A DNA stretch of 64,000 nucleotides from Nemertoderma westbladi (GCA_032718475.1 JAUCBJ010002094.1:8367-72366); one strand, 5' to 3'; positions 12,301-27,500 are shown, numbered from the stretch's first letter. Numbers and translations are program-made. The notes: generated by a model from the sequence alone, not told the origin.

Positions 12301-15300
12301 ATGAAATAGCTGAGATATTTGAGGTGAATTATTGTATTATGAGTTAGCTTCAGCTCTAGTCACTTTGGCAACACGATGAAACTATGAAAAATATTCTAGA
12401 ACACAACAATATTAATAGGGAGATAGGATACTTATCTCTCCACTCAGAAAGCCACAGATAGGGGGTGTTCCAACGCAATCAAAATTCATCCATCTCCAGC
12501 GGAAAGACGTAGCAAATAACAGCTGATTACTTCTATAAATGTAAGTGTTACCTGTTCTTTTGACGTTCATTTAAGATTCTCTATCTCGTGGAGTGGGATA
12601 GAAGTTATACATATGAAAATTGATATGGTTTTTTAAAAAAATCAGAGGATATTTTGATAAATTATTGCAGAAAAACACCAATGATTTTGACATGGCTTTA
12701 ATACTTCATTATGTTCATGAAATAGCTGAGATATTTGAGGTGAATTATTGTATTATGAGTTAACTTCAGCTCTAGTCACTTTGGCAATACGATGAAACTA
12801 TAAAAAATATTCTAGAACACAACAATATTAATAGGGAGATAGGATACTTATCTCTCCACTCAGAAAGCCACAGATAGGGGGTGTTCCAACGCAATCAAAA
12901 TTAATCCATCTCCAGCGGAAAGACGTAGCAAATAACAGCTGATTACTGCTATAAATGTAAGTGTTACCTGTTCTTTTGACTTTCATTTAAGATTCTCTAT
13001 CTCGTGGAGTGGGATAGAAGTTATAAATATGAAAATCGATATGGTTTTTGTAAAAAATCAGAGGATATTTTGATAAATTATTGCAGAAAAACACCAAGGA
13101 TTTTGACATGGCTTTAATACTTCATTATGTTCATGAAATAGCTGAGATATTTGAGGTGAATTATTGCATTACATAATAACTTTAGCTCCAGCCACTTTAG
13201 CAATACGATGAAACTATAATAAATATTCTAGAACACAACAATATTAATAGGGAGATAGGCTACTTATTTCTCAACTCAGACAGCCACAGATAGGGGGTGT
13301 TCTGACACAATCAAAATTCATCCATCTCCAGCGGAAAGACGTTGCAAATAACAGCTGATTACTTCTATAAATGTAAGTGTTACCTGTTCTTTTGACTTTC
13401 ATTTAAGATTCTTTATCTCGTGGAGTGGAATGGGAATTGATATGGTTTTTTAAAAAAATCAGAGGATATTTTGATAAATTATTGCAGAAAAATACCAAGG
13501 ATTTTGACATGGATTTAATACTTCATTATGTTCATGAAATAGCTGATTTATTTGAGGTGAATTATTGCATTACATAATAACTTTAGCTCCAGCCACTTTC
13601 GCAATGCGATGAAACTATAATAAATATTCTAGAACACAACAATATTAATAGGGAGATAGGCTACTTATCTCTCAACTCAGACAGTCACAGATAGGGGTGT
13701 TCTGACACAATCAAAATTCATCCATCTCCAGCGGAAAGACGAAGCAAATAACAGCTGATTACTTCTATAAATGTAAGTGTTACCTGTTCTTTTGACTTTC
13801 ATTTAAGATACTTTATCTCATTGAGTGGGATAGAAGTTATAAATATGAAAATTGATATGGTTTTTGAAAAAAATCAGAGGATATTTTGATAAATTATTGC
13901 AGAAAAATACCAAGGAATTTGACATGGATTTAATACTTCATTATGTTCATGAAATAGCTGAGATATTTGAGGTGAATTATTGTATTATGAGTCAACTTCA
14001 GCTCTAGTCACTTTGGCAATACGATGAAACTATAATAAATATTCTAGAACACAACAATATTAACAGGGAGATAGGCTATTTTTCTCTCCTCTCAGACAGC
14101 CACAGATAGGGGGTGTTCCAACGCAATCAAAATTCATCCATCTCCAGCGGAAAGACGTAGCAAATAACAGCTGATTACTGCTATAAATGTAAGTGTTGCC
14201 TGTTCTTTTGACGTTCATTTAAGATTCTCTAGCTCGTGGAGTGGGATAGAAGTTATAAATAAGAAAATCGATGTGGTTTTTGAAAAAAATCAGAGGATAT
14301 TTTGATAAATTATTGCAGAAAAACACCAATGATTTTGACATGGCTTTAATACTTCATTATGTTCATGAAATAGCTGAGATATTTGAGGTGAATTATTGTA
14401 TTATGAGTTAACTTCAGCTCTAGTCACTTTGGCAATACGATGAAACTATAAAAAATATTCTAGAACACAACAATATTAATAGGGAGATAGGATACTTATC
14501 TCTCCACTCAGAAAGCCACAGATAGGGGGAGTTCCAACGCAATCAAAATTCATCTATCTCCAGCGGAAAGACGTAGCAAATAACAGCTGATTACTGCTAT
14601 AAATGTAAGTGTTACCTGTTCATTTGACGTTCATTTAAGATTCTCTATCTCGTGGAGTGGGATAGAAGTTATAAATATGAAAATTGATATGGTTTTTGAA
14701 AAAAATCAGAGGATATTTTGATAAATTATTGCAGAAAAATACCAAGGATTTTGACATGGATTTAATACTTCATTATGTTCATGAAATAGCTGAGATATTT
14801 GAGGTGAATTATTGTATTATGAGTTAACTTCAGCTCTAGTCACTTTGGCAATACGATGAAACTATAAAAAATATTCTAGAACACAACAATATTAATAGGG
14901 AGATAGGATACTTATCTCTCCACTCAGAAAGCCACAGATAGGGGGTGTTCCAACGCAATCAAAATTAATCCATCTCCAGCGGAATGACGAAGCAAATAAC
15001 AGCTGATTACTGCTATAAATGTAAGTGTTACCTGTTCTTTTGACGTTCATTTAAGATTCTCTATCTCGTGGAGTGGGATAGAAGTTATAAATATGAAAAT
15101 CGATATGGTTTTTGTAAAAAATCAGAGGATATTTTGATAAATTATTGCAGAAAAACACCAAGGATTTTGACATGGCTTTAATACTTCATTATGTTCATGA
15201 AATAGCTGAGATATTTGAGGTGAATTATTGCATTACATAATAACTTTAGCTCCAGCCACTTTAGCAATACGATGAAACTATAATAAATATTCTAGAACAC

Positions 15301-16076
15301 AACAATATTAACAGGGAGATAGGCTACTTATCTCTCCTCTCAGACAGCCACAGATAGGGGGTGTTCCAACGCAATCAAAATTCATCCATCTCCAGCGGCA
15401 AGACGTAGCAAATAACAGCTGATTACTGCTATAAATGTAAGTGTTACCTGTTCTTTTGACGTTCATTTAAGATTCTCTATCTCGTGGAGTGGGATAGAAG
15501 TTATAAATATGGAAATTGATATGGTTTTTGAAAAAAATCAGAGGATATTTTGATAAATTATTGCAGAAAAATACCAAGGATTTTGACATGGATTTAATAC
15601 TTCATAATGTTCATGAAATAGCTGAGATATTTGAGGTGAATTATTGTATTATGAGTCAACTTCAGCTCTAGTCACTTTGGCAATACGATGAAACTATAAT
15701 AAATATTCTAGAACACAACAATATTAACAGAGAGATAGGCTACTTATCTCTCCACTCAGACAGCCATAGATAGGGGGTGTTCCAACGCAATCAAAATTCA
15801 TCCATCTCCAGCGGAAAGACGTAGCAAATAACAGCTGATTACTGCTATAAATGTAAGTGTTACCTGTTCTTTTGACGTTCATTTAAGATTCTCTATCTCG
15901 TGGAGTGGGATAGAAGTTATAAATAAGAAAATCGATGTGGTTTTTGAAAAAAATCAGAGGATATTTTGATAAATTATTGCAGAAAAACACCAATGATTTT
16001 GACATGGCTTTAATACTTCATTATGTTCATGAAATAGCTGAGATATTTGAGGTGAATTATTGTATTATGAGTTAAC
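9381..16076 (-). repeat. Same ~416-bp satellite, reverse orientation (~16 copies)
   Basis: Reverse complement of the monomer (ATGTTCATGAAATAGCTGAGATATTTGAGGTGAATT...) starts at 9381 and breaks at GAGTTAA (16076). Confidence 0.98.
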
Positions 16077-16921
16077 CCAGCAGCGCCCAGCGTCTACATT
16101 TGTAACCCCATTAAAGACTGTTTTCAAATCAATTGTAGTTACCAAATATATCCTATAACTATTATAATGCTATAATATGATTAATTAAAGGTGCATCTAT
16201 ATGACTGAAACTTAAAAAACGGTAAATTTTAAAAATTTGCATTTCTAAATTGACTCTAAAAATCGGAAATATTTTTTTTCAGACATCGATTGGCATTACT
16301 TCATTCTATGTAACTATATGGTTATAGACAATAGGGATTGTGGCATATTTTTATTATCAGATAATGGGAGATTTAATAAAACAATAAAATATTATGTAGT
16401 CTGTCCTCTTTAGTCTAGCAAATTCAACTTATTTACAGAAGACTACATTTGTAGTGCTTGGGCACTACATAGTGATTGATACTTTTAGACACAATCTGTA
16501 TGTGATACCAGAGGTACCGGTACCGAGAATATTACTACAGTACGGCCTGACAGTAGGTACTACACCTTCCACTGTCAGACTGTACCACTTTCCTAATGCA
16601 GGAGTTACTGGTACCAGTATAGCAGTAACAATACAGCAATAGGCTACACTAGCTCGCTAGCATTCCAAGGCATTATAATGATTGACTGTGCCTGTCTCAA
16701 AGTCTGGAAATTTCTGAACGCAGGAATTTTTGTAAATAAAATATAATTGCTGCTTCTAACAGCAGAACAGTCTGAACTCTATTTTAAATACCACTGAATC
16801 ATTGCCCTGTACTCTGCGCGCTGCGCTACAAATGCACTCCCTTCACCCCAAGTCTAAACACTACACGCGCACATGCACATGCCCACTTAAGATTGTTGCT
16901 GTGATTGTGACGCTCACCACA

Positions 16922-16941
16922 TGGTGCATTGGCCTGGAATC
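16922..16941 (+). other. Primer-binding site complementary to the 3' end of tRNA-Gly, directly after an LTR-like ...CA end
   Basis: TGGTGCATTGGCCTGGAATC matches 19/20 nt of the reverse complement of the eukaryotic tRNA-Gly(GCC) 3' end plus CCA as I recall it (TGGTGCATTGGCCGGGAATC). It is preceded by CACCACA. Confidence 0.8.
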
Positions 16942-16989
16942 TACTCCACTTCACCCAACACCTACTAATAAACTTGCAGTTCAGCTAGG

Positions 16990-18125
16990 ACTATGGATTC
17001 CGATGCCGACTCTGTGGCTGATCGCTATTCCTTTTGACGGCTTTCCCAGGTCACTGGCTGACTGGTGGATGTCAAGGAAATGCAAACCAAACATCAACAG
17101 ATCAACCCACCCCCAGTTCAGCAGTTGACGTTGTGGAAGAAGAGCCCCTGCGCCCTGCCAGTCCGCAACTCGATCAAGTTGAACTTGAAGCCTACAGTCT
17201 TACAGTCTCAGCGGCAGTGCTGCTAGTATCAGCAGAACCAGAAGTAACCGATACCAGTAGACTTTCTCAAACAAAACCGGACGACAGCAAAATCCCATGT
17301 AACACGACTCAAACCAAGTAAGCAACCACATTGAAGGACAGGGCAGCTGCAGTACCTACGCTAAAGCTGCTACTGGAAGACCTAAATGACATCATTCTGA
17401 AGTTCGCCGCCATCGATGCACATGAAAACTCTCCAAACAGTCAGTCGGTCGGCCACTCCGGGAGAACATGGCGATGTGGATCTTCTCAGTGTGCAATGCA
17501 GCTAATGCATGCCGCTGCAGCACTGCTGCGTAAACCTACCTATTCACCCGCTCCGGTACATAGTCCATTGTCTCGGGTGCGAGTTTTCGAATGGCTGCCC
17601 AATTGGCCTGTCAAGAACTCTTCACGAACGAACATTTCGACAAAACTCAGTCATCACACGATCGTGAAGGCGAACTGGCCACATTTGCCGCTCGGCAGGC
17701 TGCTGACCGAGCTGCCCAAAACCTATAACTCCAGTCTGAGTGCCGCAAGCTGACGCTATGAAACTTTCAAAGAACTTGAACTGAGAGTGGAGCTTTCCAG
17801 TCTCGCTTCTCGCTCTACTCCCGATCAGGAGAACGATGACAGCACGTCCAACATTGGAGTGAATCCCGATGTTCCTGAGCCCCCGGCTGCCCCGCTCGCA
17901 GTCTCATCGACAACTGGAAACCCGTTATTCCTAGCCCCTTCCAGTTGGGTGACCTTGGCTCTTGTGAACCTGTTGCCGTCCTCCATCGGGACTCTATTTC
18001 CTCTCACCTACCTGTCCATTCCGCGCTCTCTCAGCAGTGTGAACTCGCCGGAGTTCTTTTCGACTTCAGCGCTTGGCTTCACATCGATAACTGCCGCTTC
18101 CAATTGGCCAATCGCCACTCGTTGA
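16990..18125 (+). pseudogene. Decayed gag-like reading frame of an LTR retrotransposon (BEL/Pao or Gypsy)
   Basis: GC-richer block after the PBS. Frameshifted peptide FLKQNRTTAKSHVTRL / NQVSNHIEGQGS / LKLLLEDLNDIILKF resembles helical gag N-termini. ORFs 17034, 17331 and 17787 share one frame. Confidence 0.5.
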
Positions 18126-18586
18126 GAAACTGCCCCTGTTTAGCGTCCCCAGCCAGGCCGACACCGAGAGTTCCCGGCTTCCTCCTGGATTCTTACTATC
18201 CTTACAATTACTGTTTGAAGTAATGGACCCTGGGGGGTGGACACTACAAATACTACATTATCTTGAAATTTTTAACTCAATTTTAAATTAAAAACATTTG
18301 TAAAACCATTTTTTACATATGCTTTTGTGTATACTCCATTCTACACCCACCAAAGTAGTTAATAAGTTATATTATCCTTTATAAACAAATTGGTGTTATT
18401 TTTATGAATATATAAATACCTCCATAGCGCCCAAGTACTACATTTGTACCCTACCTAATAAATTGAGATTGGTTAAAGTTTTGATACTGGTGTTGAAACT
18501 ATGTTTAAGTTAGACCATTTGGACTTAGTTCTGAAAATATGAATAAATTACCTCGAGTTTTTAGAAGTCTGGGTTTTGCTGGGTTA

Positions 18587-21500
18587 TTAACTTCAGCTCT
18601 AGTCACTTTGGCAATACGATGAAACTATAAAAAATATTCTAGAACACAACAATATTAATAGGGAGATAGGATACTTATCTCTCCACTCAGAAAGCCACAG
18701 ATAGGGGGTGTTCCAACGCAATCAAAATTAATCCATCTCCAGCGGAAAGACGTAGCAAATAACAGCTGATTACTGCTATAAATGTAAGTACCTGTTCTTT
18801 TGACTTTCATTTAAGATTCTCTATCTCGTGGAGTGGGATAGAAGTTATAAATATGAAAATCGATATGGTTTTTGTAAAAAATCAGAGGATATTTTGATAA
18901 ATTATTGCAGAAAAACACCAAGGATTTTGACATGGCTTTAATACTTCATTATGTTCATGAAATAGCTGAGATATTTGAGGTGAATTATTGTATTATGAGT
19001 TAACTTCAGCTCTAGTCACTTTGGCAATACGATGAAACTATAAAAAATATTCTAGAACACAACAATATTAATAGGGAGATAGGATACTTATATCTCCACT
19101 CAGAAAGCCACAGATAGGGGGTGTTCCAACGCAATCAAAATTCATCTATCTCCAGCGGAAAGACGTAGCAAATAACAGCTGATTACTGCTATAAATGTAA
19201 GTGTTACCTGTTCATTTGACGTTCATTTAAGATTCTCTATCTCGTGGAGTGGGATAGAGGTTATAAATATGAAAATTGATATGGTTTTTGAAAAAAATCA
19301 GAGGATATTTTGATAAATTATTGTAGAAAAATACCAAGGATTTTGACATGGATTTAATACTTCATTATGTTCATGAAATAGCTGAGATATTTGAGGTGAA
19401 TTATTGTATTATGAGTCAACTTCAGCTCTAGTCACTTTGGCAATACGATGAAACTATAATAAATATTCTAGAACACAACAATATGAACAGGGAGATAGGC
19501 TACTTATCTCTCCACTCAGACAGCCACAGATAGGGGGTGTTCCAACGCAATCAAAATTCATCCATCTCCAGCGGAAAGACGTAGCAAATAACAGCTGATT
19601 ACTGCTATAAATGTAAGTGTTACCTGTTCTTTTGACGTTCATTTAAGATTCTCTATCTCGTGGAGTGGGATAGAAGTTATAAATAAGAAAATCGATGTGG
19701 TTTTTGAAAAAAATCAGAGGATATTTTGATAAATTATTGCAGAAAAACACCAATGATTTTGACATGGCTTTAATACTTCATTATGTTCATGAAATAGCTG
19801 AGATATTTGAGGTGAATTATTGTATTATGAGTTAACTTCAGCTCTAGTCACTTTGGCAATACGATGAAACTATAAAAAATATTCTAGAACACAACAATAT
19901 TAATAGGGAGATAGGATACTTATCTCTCCACTCAGAAAGCCACAGATAGGGGGTGTTCCAACGCAATCAAAATTAATCCATCTCCAGCGGAATGACGAAG
20001 CAAATAACAGCTGATTACTGCTATAAATGTAAGTGTTACCTGTTCTTTTGACGTTCATTTAAGATTCTCTATATCGTGGAGTGGGATAGAAGTTATAAAT
20101 ATGAAAATCGATATGGTTTTTGTAAAAAATCAGAGGATATTTTGATAAATTATTGCAGAAAAACACCAAGGATTTTGACATGGCTTTAATACTTCATTAT
20201 GTTCATGAAATAGCTGAGATATTTGAGGTGAATTATTGCATTACATAATAACTTTAGCTCCAGCCACTTTAGCAATACGATGAAACTATAATAAATATTC
20301 TAGAACACAACAATATTAACAGGGAGATAGGCTACTTATCTCTCCTCTCAGACAGCCACAGATAGGGGGTGTTCCAACGCAATCAAAATTCATCCATCTC
20401 CAGCGGCAAGACGTAGCAAATAACAGCTGATTACTGCTATAAATGTAAGTGTTACCTGTTCTTTTGACGTTCATTTAAGATTCTCTATCTCGTGGAGTGG
20501 GATAGAAGTTATAAATATGAAAATTGATATGGTTTTTGAAAAAAATCAGAGGATATTTTGATAAATTATTGCAGAAAAATACCAAGGATTTTGACATGGA
20601 TTTAATACTTCATAATGTTCATGAAATAGCTGAGATATTTGAGGTGAATTATTGTATTATGAGTCAACTTCAGCTCTAGTCACTTTGGCAATACGATGAA
20701 ACTATAATAAATATTCTAGAACACAACAATATTAACAGGGAGATAGGCTACTTATCTCTCCACTCAGACAGCCATAGATAGGGGGTGTTCCAACGCAATC
20801 AAAATTCATCCATCTCCAGTGGAAAGACGTAGCAAATAACAGCTGATTACTGCTATAAATGTAAGTGTTACCTGTTCTTTTGACGTTCATTTAAGATTCT
20901 CCATCTCGTGGAGTGGGATAGAAGTTATAAATAAGAAAATCGATGTGGTTTTTGAAAAAAATCAGAGGATATTTTGATAAATTATTGCAGAAAAACACCA
21001 ATGATTTTGACATGGCTTTAATACTTCATTATGTTCATGAAATAGCTGAGATATTTGAGGTGAATTATTGTATTATGAGTTAACTTCAGCTCTAGTCACT
21101 TTGGCAATACGATGAAACTATAAAAAATATTCTAGAACACAACAATATTAATAGGGAGATAGGATACTTATCTCTCCACTCAGAAAGCCACAGATAGGGG
21201 GTGTTCCAACGCAATCAAAATTAATCCATCTCCAGCGGAAAGACGTAGCAAATAACAGCTGATTACTGCTATAAATGTAAGTGTTACCTGTTCTTTTGAC
21301 GTTCATTTAAGATTCTCTATCTCGTGGAGTGGGATAGAAGTTATAAATATGAAAATCGATATGGTTTTTGTAAAAAATCAGAGGATATTTTGATAAATTA
21401 TTGCAGAAAAACACCAAGGATTTTGACATGGCTTTAATACTTCATTATGTTCATGAAATAGCTGAGATATTTGAGGTGAATTATTGCATTACATAATAAC

Positions 21501-24500
21501 TTTAGCTCCAGCCACTTTAGCAATACGATGAAACTATAATAAATATTCTAGAACACAACAATATTAATAGGGAGATAGGCTACTTATTTCTCAACTCAGA
21601 CAGCCACAGATAGGGGGTGTTCTGACACAATCAAAATTCATCCATCTCCAGCGGAAAGACGTTGCAAATAACAGCTGATTACTTCTATAAATGTAAGTGT
21701 TACCTGTTCTTTTGACTTTCATTTAAGATTCTTTATCTCGTGGAGTGGAATGGGAATTGATATGGTTTTTGAAAAAAATCAGAGGATATTTTGATAAATT
21801 ATTGCAGAAAAACACCAATGATTTTGACATGGCTTTAATACTTCATTATGTTCATGAAATAGCTGAGATATTTGAGGTGAATTATTGTATTATGAGTTAA
21901 CTTCAGCTCTAGTCACTTTGGCAATACGATGAAACTATAAAAAATATTCTAGAACACAACAATATTAATAGGGAGATAGGATACTTATCTCTCCACTCAG
22001 AAAGCCACAGATAGGGGGTGTTCCAACGCAATCAAAATTAATCCATCTCCAGCGGAAAGACGTAGCAAATAACAGCTGATTACTGCTATAAATGTAAGTG
22101 TTACCTGTTCTTTTGACGTTCATTTAAGATTCTCTATCTCGTGGAGTGGGATAGAAGTTATAAATATGAAAATCGATATGGTTTTTGTAAAAAATCAGAG
22201 GATATTTTGATAAATTATTGCAGAAAAACACCAAGGATTTTGACATGGCTTTAATACTTCATTATGTTCATGAAATAGCTGAGATATTTGAGGTGAATTA
22301 TTGCATTACATAATAACTTTAGCTCCAGCCACTTTAGCAATACGATGAAACTATAATAAATATTCTAGAACACAACAATATTAATAGGGAGATAGGCTAC
22401 TTATTTCTCAACTCAGACAGCCACAGATAGGGGGTGTTCTGACACAATCAAAATTCATCCATCTCCAGCGGAAAGACGTTGCAAATAACTGCTGATTACT
22501 TCTATAAATGTAAGTGTTACCTGTTCTTTTGACTTTCATTTAAGATTCTTTATCTCGTGGAGTGGAATGGGAATTGATATGGTTTTTTAAAGAAATCAGA
22601 GGATATTTTGATAAATTATTGCAGAAAAACACCAATGATTTTGACATGGCTTTAATACTTCATTATGTTCATGAAATAGCTGATATATTTGAGGTGAATT
22701 ATTGTATTATGAGTTAACTTCAGCTCTAGTCACTTTGGCAATACGATGAAACTATAAAAAATATTCTAGAACACAACAATATTAATAGGGAGATAGGATA
22801 CTTATCTCTCCACTCAGAAAGCCACAGATATGGGGGTGTTCCAACGCAATCAAAATTAATCCATCTCCAGCGGAAAGACGTAGCAAATAACAGCTGATTA
22901 CTGCTATAAATGTAAGTGTTACCTGTTCTTTTGACGTTCATTTAAGATTCTCTATCTCGTGGAGTGGGATAGAAGTTATAAATATGAAAATCGATAATGG
23001 TTTTTGTAAAAAATCAGAGGATATTTTGATAAATTATTGCAGAAAAACACCAAGGATTTTGACATGGCTTTAATACTTCATTATGTTCATGAAATAGCTG
23101 AGATATTTGAGGTGAATTATTGCATTACATAATAACTTTAGCTCCAGCCACTTTAGCAATACGATGAAACTATAATAAATATTCTAGAACACAACAATAT
23201 TAATAGGGAGTTAGGCTACTTTTTTCTCAACTCAGACAGCCACAGATAGGGGGTGTTCTGACACAATCAAAATTCATCCATCTCCAGCGGAAAGACGTTG
23301 CAAATAACAGCTGATTACTGCTATAAATGTAAGTGTTACCTGTTCTTTTGACGTTCATTTAAGATTCTCTATCTCGTGGAGTGGGATAGAAGTTATAAAT
23401 ATGAAAATTGATATGGTTTTTGAAAAAAATCAGAGGATAATTTGATAAATTATTGCAGAAAAATACCAAGGATTTTGACATGGATTTAATACTTCATTAT
23501 GTTCATGAAATAGCTGAGATATTTGAGGTGAATTATTGCATTACATAATAACTTTAGCTCCAGCCACTTTAGCAATACGATGAAACTATAATAAATATTC
23601 TAGAACACAACAATATTAATAGGGAGATAGGCTACTTATTTCTCAACTCAGACAGCCACAGATAGGGGGTGTTCTGACACAATCAAAATTCATCCATCTC
23701 CAGCGGAAAGACGTTGCAAATAACAGCTGATTACTTCTATAAATGTAAGTGTTACCTGTTCTTTTGACTTTCATTTAAGATTCTTTATCTCGTGGAGTGG
23801 AATGGGAATTGATATGGTTTTTGAAAAAAATCAGAGGATATTTTGATAAATTATTGCAGAAAAACACCAATGATTTTGACATGGCTTTAATACTTCATTA
23901 TGTTCATGAAATAGCTGAGATATTTGAGGTGAATTATTGTATTATGAGTTAACTTCAGCTCTAGTCACTTTGGCAATACGATGAAACTATAAAAAATATT
24001 CTAGAACACAACAATATTAATAGGGAGATAGGATACTTATCTCTCCACTCAGAAAGCCACAGATAGGGGGTGTTCCAACGCAATCAAAATTAATCCATCT
24101 CCAGCGGAAAGACGTAGCAAATAACAGCTGATTACTGCTATAAATGTAAGTGTTACCTGTTCTTTTGACGTTCATTTAAGATTCTCTATCTCGTGGAGTG
24201 GGATAGAAGTTATAAATATGAAAATCGATATGGTTTTTGTAAAAAATCAGAGGATATTTTGATAAATTATTGCAGAAAAACACCAAGGATTTTGACATGG
24301 CTTTAATACTTCATTATGTTCATGAAATAGCTGAGATATTTGAGGTGAATTATTGCATTACATAATAACTTTAGCTCCAGCCACTTTAGCAATACGATGA
24401 AACTATAATAAATATTCTAGAACACAACAATATTAATAGGGAGATAGGCTACTTATTTCTCAACTCAGACAGCCACAGATAGGGGGTGTTCTGACACAAT

Positions 24501-27500
24501 CAAAATTCATCCATCTCCAGCGGAAAGACGTTGCAAATAACTGCTGATTACTTCTATAAATGTAAGTGTTACCTGTTCTTTTGACTTTCATTTAAGATTC
24601 TTTATCTCGTGGAGTGGAATGGGAATTGATATGGTTTTTTAAAGAAATCAGAGGATATTTTGATAAATTATTGCAGAAAAACACCAATGATTTTGACATG
24701 GCTTTAATACTTCATTATGTTCATGAAATAGCTGATATATTTGAGGTGAATTATTGTATTATGAGTTAACTTCAGCTCTAGTCACTTTGGCAATACGATG
24801 AAACTATAAAAAATATTCTAGAACACAACAATATTAATAGGGAGATAGGATACTTATCTCTCCACTCAGAAAGCCACAGATATGGGGGTGTTCCAACGCA
24901 ATCAAAATTAATCCATCTCCAGCGGAAAGACGTAGCAAATAACAGCTGATTACTGCTATAAATGTAAGTGTTACCTGTTCTTTTGACGTTCATTTAAGAT
25001 TCTCTATCTCGTGGAGTGGGATAGAAGTTATAAATATGAAAATCGATAATGGTTTTTGTAAAAAATCAGAGGATATTTTGATAAATTATTGCAGAAAAAC
25101 ACCAAGGATTTTGACATGGCTTTAATACTTCATTATGTTCATGAAATAGCTGAGATATTTGAGGTGAATTATTGCATTACATAATAACTTTAGCTCCAGC
25201 CACTTTAGCAATACGATGAAACTATAATAAATATTCTAGAACACAACAATATTAATAGGGAGTTAGGCTACTTTTTTCTCAACTCAGACAGCCACAGATA
25301 GGGGGTGTTCTGACACAATCAAAATTCATCCATCTCCAGCGGAAAGACGTTGCAAATAACAGCTGATTACTGCTATAAATGTAAGTGTTACCTGTTCTTT
25401 TGACGTTCATTTAAGATTCTCTATCTCGTGGAGTGGGATAGAAGTTATAAATATGAAAATTGATATGGTTTTTGAAAAAAATCAGAGGATAATTTGATAA
25501 ATTATTGCAGAAAAATACCAAGGATTTTGACATGGATTTAATACTTCATTATGTTCATGAAATAGCTGAGATATTTGAGGTGAATTATTGTGTTATGAGT
25601 CAACTTCAGCTCTAGTCACTTTGGCAATACGATGAAACTATAATAAATATTCTAGAACACAACAATATTAACAGGGAGATAGGCTACTTATCTCTCCACT
25701 CAGACAGCCACAGATAGGGGGTGTTCCAACGCAATCAAAATTCATCCATCTCCAGCGGAAAGACGTAGCAAATAACAGCTGATTACTGCTATAAATGTAA
25801 GTGTTACCTGTTCTTTTGACGTTCATTTAAGATTCTCTATCTCGTGGAGTGGGATATAAGTTATAAATAAGAAAATCGATGTGGTTTTTGAAAAAAATCA
25901 GAGGATATTTTGATAAATTATTGCAGAAAAACACCAATGATTTTGACATGGCTTTAATACTTCATTATGTTCATGAAATAGCTGAGATATTTGAGGTGAA
26001 TTATTGTATTATGAGTTAACTTCAGCTCTAGTCACTTTGGCAATACGATGAAACTATAAAAAATATTCTAGAACACAACAATATTAATAGGGAGATAGGC
26101 TACTTATTTCTCAACTCAGACAGCCACAGATAGGGGGTGTTCTGACACAATCAAAATTCATCCATCTTCAGCGGAAAGACGTTGCAAATAACTGCTGATT
26201 ACTTCTATAAATGTAAGTGTTACCTGTTCTTTTGACTTTCATTTAAGATTCTTTATCTCGTGGAGTGGAATGGGAATTGATATGGTTTTTTAAAAAAATC
26301 AGAGGATATTTTGATAAATTATTGCAGAAAAACACCAATGATTTTGACATGGCTTTAATACTTCATTATGTTCATGAAATAGCTGAGATATTTGAGGTGA
26401 ATTATTGTATTATGAGTTAACTTCAGCTCTAGTCACTTTGGCAATACGATGAAACTATAAAAAATATTCTAGAACACAACAATATTAATAGGGAGATAGG
26501 ATACTTATCTCTCCACTCAGAAAGCCACAGATATGGGGGTGTTCCAACGCAATCAAAATTAATCCATCTCCAGCGGAAAGACGTAGCAAATAACAGCTGA
26601 TTACTGCTATAAATGTAAGTGTTACCTGTTCTTTTGACGTTCATTTAAGATTCTCTATCTCGTGGAGTGGGATAGAAGTTATAAATATGAAAATCGATAA
26701 TGGTTTTTGTAAAAAATCAGAGGATATTTTGATAAATTATTGCAGAAAAACACCAAGGATTTTGACATGGCTTTAATACTTCATTATGTTCATGAAATAG
26801 CTGAGATATTTGAGGTGAATTATTGCATTACATAATAACTTTAGCTCCAGCCACTTTAGCAATACGATGAAACTATAATAAATATTCTAGAACACAACAA
26901 TATTAATAGGGAGTTAGGCTACTTTTTTCTCAACTCAGACAGCCACAGATAGGGGGTGTTCTGACACAATCAAAATTCATCCATCTCCAGCGGAAAGACG
27001 TTGCAAATAACAGCTGATTACTGCTATAAATGTAAGTGTTACCTGTTCTTTTGACGTTCATTTAAGATTCTCTATCTCGTGGAGTGGGATAGAAGTTATA
27101 AATATGAAAATTGATATGGTTTTTGAAAAAAATCAGACGATAATTTGATAAATTATTGCAGAAAAATACCAAGGATTTTGACATGGATTTAATACTTCAT
27201 TATGTTCATGAAATAGCTGAGATATTTGAGGTGAATTATTGTGTTATGAGTCAACTTCAGCTCTAGTCACTTTGGCAATACGATGAAACTATAATAAATA
27301 TTCTAGAACACAACAATATTAACAGGGAGATAGGCTACTTATCTCTCCACTCAGACAGCCACAGATAGGGGGTGTTCCAACGCAATCAAAATTCATCCAT
27401 CTCCAGCGGAAAGACGTAGCAAATAACAGCTGATTACTGCTATAAATGTAAGTGTTACCTGTTCTTTTGACGTTCATTTAAGATTCTCTATCTCGTGGAG

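Larger units (their letters stand above)
16077..18583. mobile_element. Non-autonomous TIR DNA element (CCC...GGG ends at a TTAA site, piggyBac-like; CMC/EnSpm not excluded) carrying cargo
   Basis: Left junction TTAA|CCCAGCAGCGCCCAG; right junction CTGGGTTTTGCTGGG|TTA TTAA (imperfect TIR). CTACATTTGTA motifs recur at ~16094, ~16443 and ~18437. No transposase. The satellite resumes in register. Confidence 0.75.

Noticed and set aside
16922-16941. tRNA-Gly gene on the minus strand
   Set aside because: Only 20 nt match, including the complement of the post-transcriptional CCA, with no cloverleaf. This fits a PBS.
18228-18260. Polypurine tract plus 3' LTR closing the retroelement fragment
   Set aside because: No repeat of the sequence upstream of the PBS follows. 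The motif looks more like the host element's CTACATTTGTA subterminal repeat in reverse.
10690-26644. Recurrent 62-71 aa ORFs MNVKRTGNTYIYSSNQLL...
   Set aside because: Chance frames in the satellite monomer. They are open only in some variants, have differing C-termini and show no known motif.
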